Below are positions 63,186 through 64,000 of a DNA stretch of 64,000 nucleotides, in pieces. Source of the DNA: Escherichia coli (GTDB lineage: Bacteria; Pseudomonadota; Gammaproteobacteria; Enterobacterales; Enterobacteriaceae); assembly GCF_003018255.1 (NCBI RefSeq), contig NZ_CP027440.1, one strand, 5' to 3'. Positions within the stretch are counted from its first letter, which is position 1. Every line of letters starts with the position of its first letter. The translations under genes were made by a program, and so were the position numbers. Below the pieces are notes generated by a model. That model made no database searches and was not told where the DNA came from. It saw only the letters and a list, made by a program, of their open reading frames with translations.

Positions 63186-63787
63186 GGATTCACTCTCATT
63201 GTGTCAATAACATGGACCGCCCCGCCTTCATGCGCGGTGCCACCGGAAATAATCGTTTCGTTGATATACGGATAGATCGTGATTTCTTCGCCAAGATAGC
63301 TGGCGGCTCCCACCCAATGCGGGCCGCTGGTCTGCAGATTGATGGACATGCCGATCATGTGGCGGCTACATGGTTTGGCATCGCTTATCAGTCGCTCAAG
63401 TTCCAGATAGGTATCTTCAGTGATGCCCTGGTCCTGCACGCCGATATCCAGGCGAAACGTGCCCGGTGTTTCTCCGGTCTGCCACCACTCAATAATGCGG
63501 ATCAGGAATCCGAACGGTTCCACCGCCCGCCGCACGGCACTGGTGGTTCCTTTATGCTGATGAATATAAAAAGCATCCTTCACTACCTGGCGTTTGACGC
63601 TTTCTGTCCAGCCCTCGTCCCAGCGATCCACAGAGAACGCCCAGGCGAGATAAGGCAGGAAGCTGACCGGACAGGTAGCCGGATTCCACAAGTCACGCAG
63701 CGGCACCTGCAAATCAGAAATCCCGCTACAGGTTTGCGCCAGTCGGCGCTCCAGTGAAGTTGAACCCGGTGGCAGCAGACTATTCAT
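63182..63787 (-). CDS. baseplate protein (P2 gpI-like)
   Basis: 201-aa ORF with RDLWNPATCPVSFLPYLAWAFSVDRWDE... matching my memory of P2 gpI (RELWNPDTCPANLLPWLAWAFSVDRWDE). Confidence 0.85.
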   Translation of the reverse strand: MNSLLPPGSTSLERRLAQTCSGISDLQVPLRDLWNPATCPVSFLPYLAWAFSVDRWDEGWTESVKRQVVKDAFYIHQHKGTTSAVRRAVEPFGFLIRIIEWWQTGETPGTFRLDIGVQDQGITEDTYLELERLISDAKPCSRHMIGMSINLQTSGPHWVGAASYLGEEITIYPYINETIISGGTAHEGGAVHVIDTMRVNP

Positions 63788-64000
63788 CCGTTCCTCCGTT
63801 GGTTACGCTCCACTGCGTACATGATGCCGCCTGTGTTTTGTTCAGGACCACATCCGCCAGCGGAGAAGCCAGTTCCACACGTTGAACACCCTCAACATGC
63901 AGAGCAGCAAAGATGGCGCTACGGCGAATATCCCGACCAAGCCTCGTCTGGCTGGCAATGTACTTCTGCAGACTGGCTTTTGCCGCTGCCATTACCGGCT
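63780..64000 (-). CDS. baseplate assembly protein (P2 gpJ-like), C-terminal part only (5' end beyond window)
   Basis: ORF fragment ...LQKYIASQTRLGRDIRRSAIFAALHVEGVQRVELASPLADVVLNKTQAASCTQWSVTNGGTDE; overlaps the gpI start. Confidence 0.75.
   Translation of the reverse strand, partial: PVMAAAKASLQKYIASQTRLGRDIRRSAIFAALHVEGVQRVELASPLADVVLNKTQAASCTQWSVTNGGTDE

Larger units (their letters stand above)
52160..64000 (-). mobile_element. P2-like (Peduovirus-type) prophage, ogr-proximal end and tail/baseplate gene block; continues beyond window end
   Basis: Collinear P2 late-gene order on the minus strand: J', I, H, (G/tfa), invertase, FI, FII, E/E', T, U, D, ogr. ogr is the last gene before the host junction, as expected for the attR side of an integrated P2. 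Confidence 0.88.

Noticed and set aside
52160-64000. Possibility that the P2-like tail gene block is an R-type tailocin rather than a prophage
   Set aside because: ogr and the canonical P2 late-gene order are present, and the block runs off the window end towards where the capsid genes would be. The window gives no evidence that head genes are missing.

Overview
This window is an Escherichia coli chromosomal segment, collinear with the K-12 43–44 min region for its first ~52 kb. Gene order: otsA'(5' end)-otsB, araHGF, ftnB, yecJ, azuC, yecR, ftnA, yecH, tyrP, yecA, tRNA leuZ-cysT-glyW, pgsA, uvrC-uvrY, yecF, sdiA, tcyN-tcyL-dcyD-tcyJ, fliZ-fliA, fliC / fliD-fliS-fliT, amyA, yedD, yedE-yedF, yedK, yedL, fliE / fliFGHIJK, fliLMNOPQR, rcsA, dsrB, yodD, dsrA sRNA, yedP, dgcQ, yodC, yedI, yedA, vsr-dcm, yedJ, yedR. 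From about 52.16 kb to the window end there is a P2-like prophage (ogr, D, U, T, E/E', FII, FI, Pin-type invertase, invertible tail-fibre segment, H, I, J') whose end interrupts the 5' end of a yedS-like porin gene. All gene calls rest on my reading of the translated ORFs against remembered protein families; no database search was run. I did not find a convincing undescribed multi-gene system. The most unusual observations are: (1) fliP is broken by a ~335-bp near-tandem duplication of its own sequence with a degenerate junction carrying a 25-T run; (2) a ~2-kb Pin/Gin/Cin-type invertible tail-fibre segment with 26-bp inverted crossover sites; (3) a single-base frameshift in the silent-orientation tail-fibre assembly gene; (4) a P2-type T-TTT-TTG slippery site for E/E'; (5) a long (579 aa) fliC allele. 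Observations (1) and (3) both involve homopolymer runs, so read-level verification should come before any biological interpretation.
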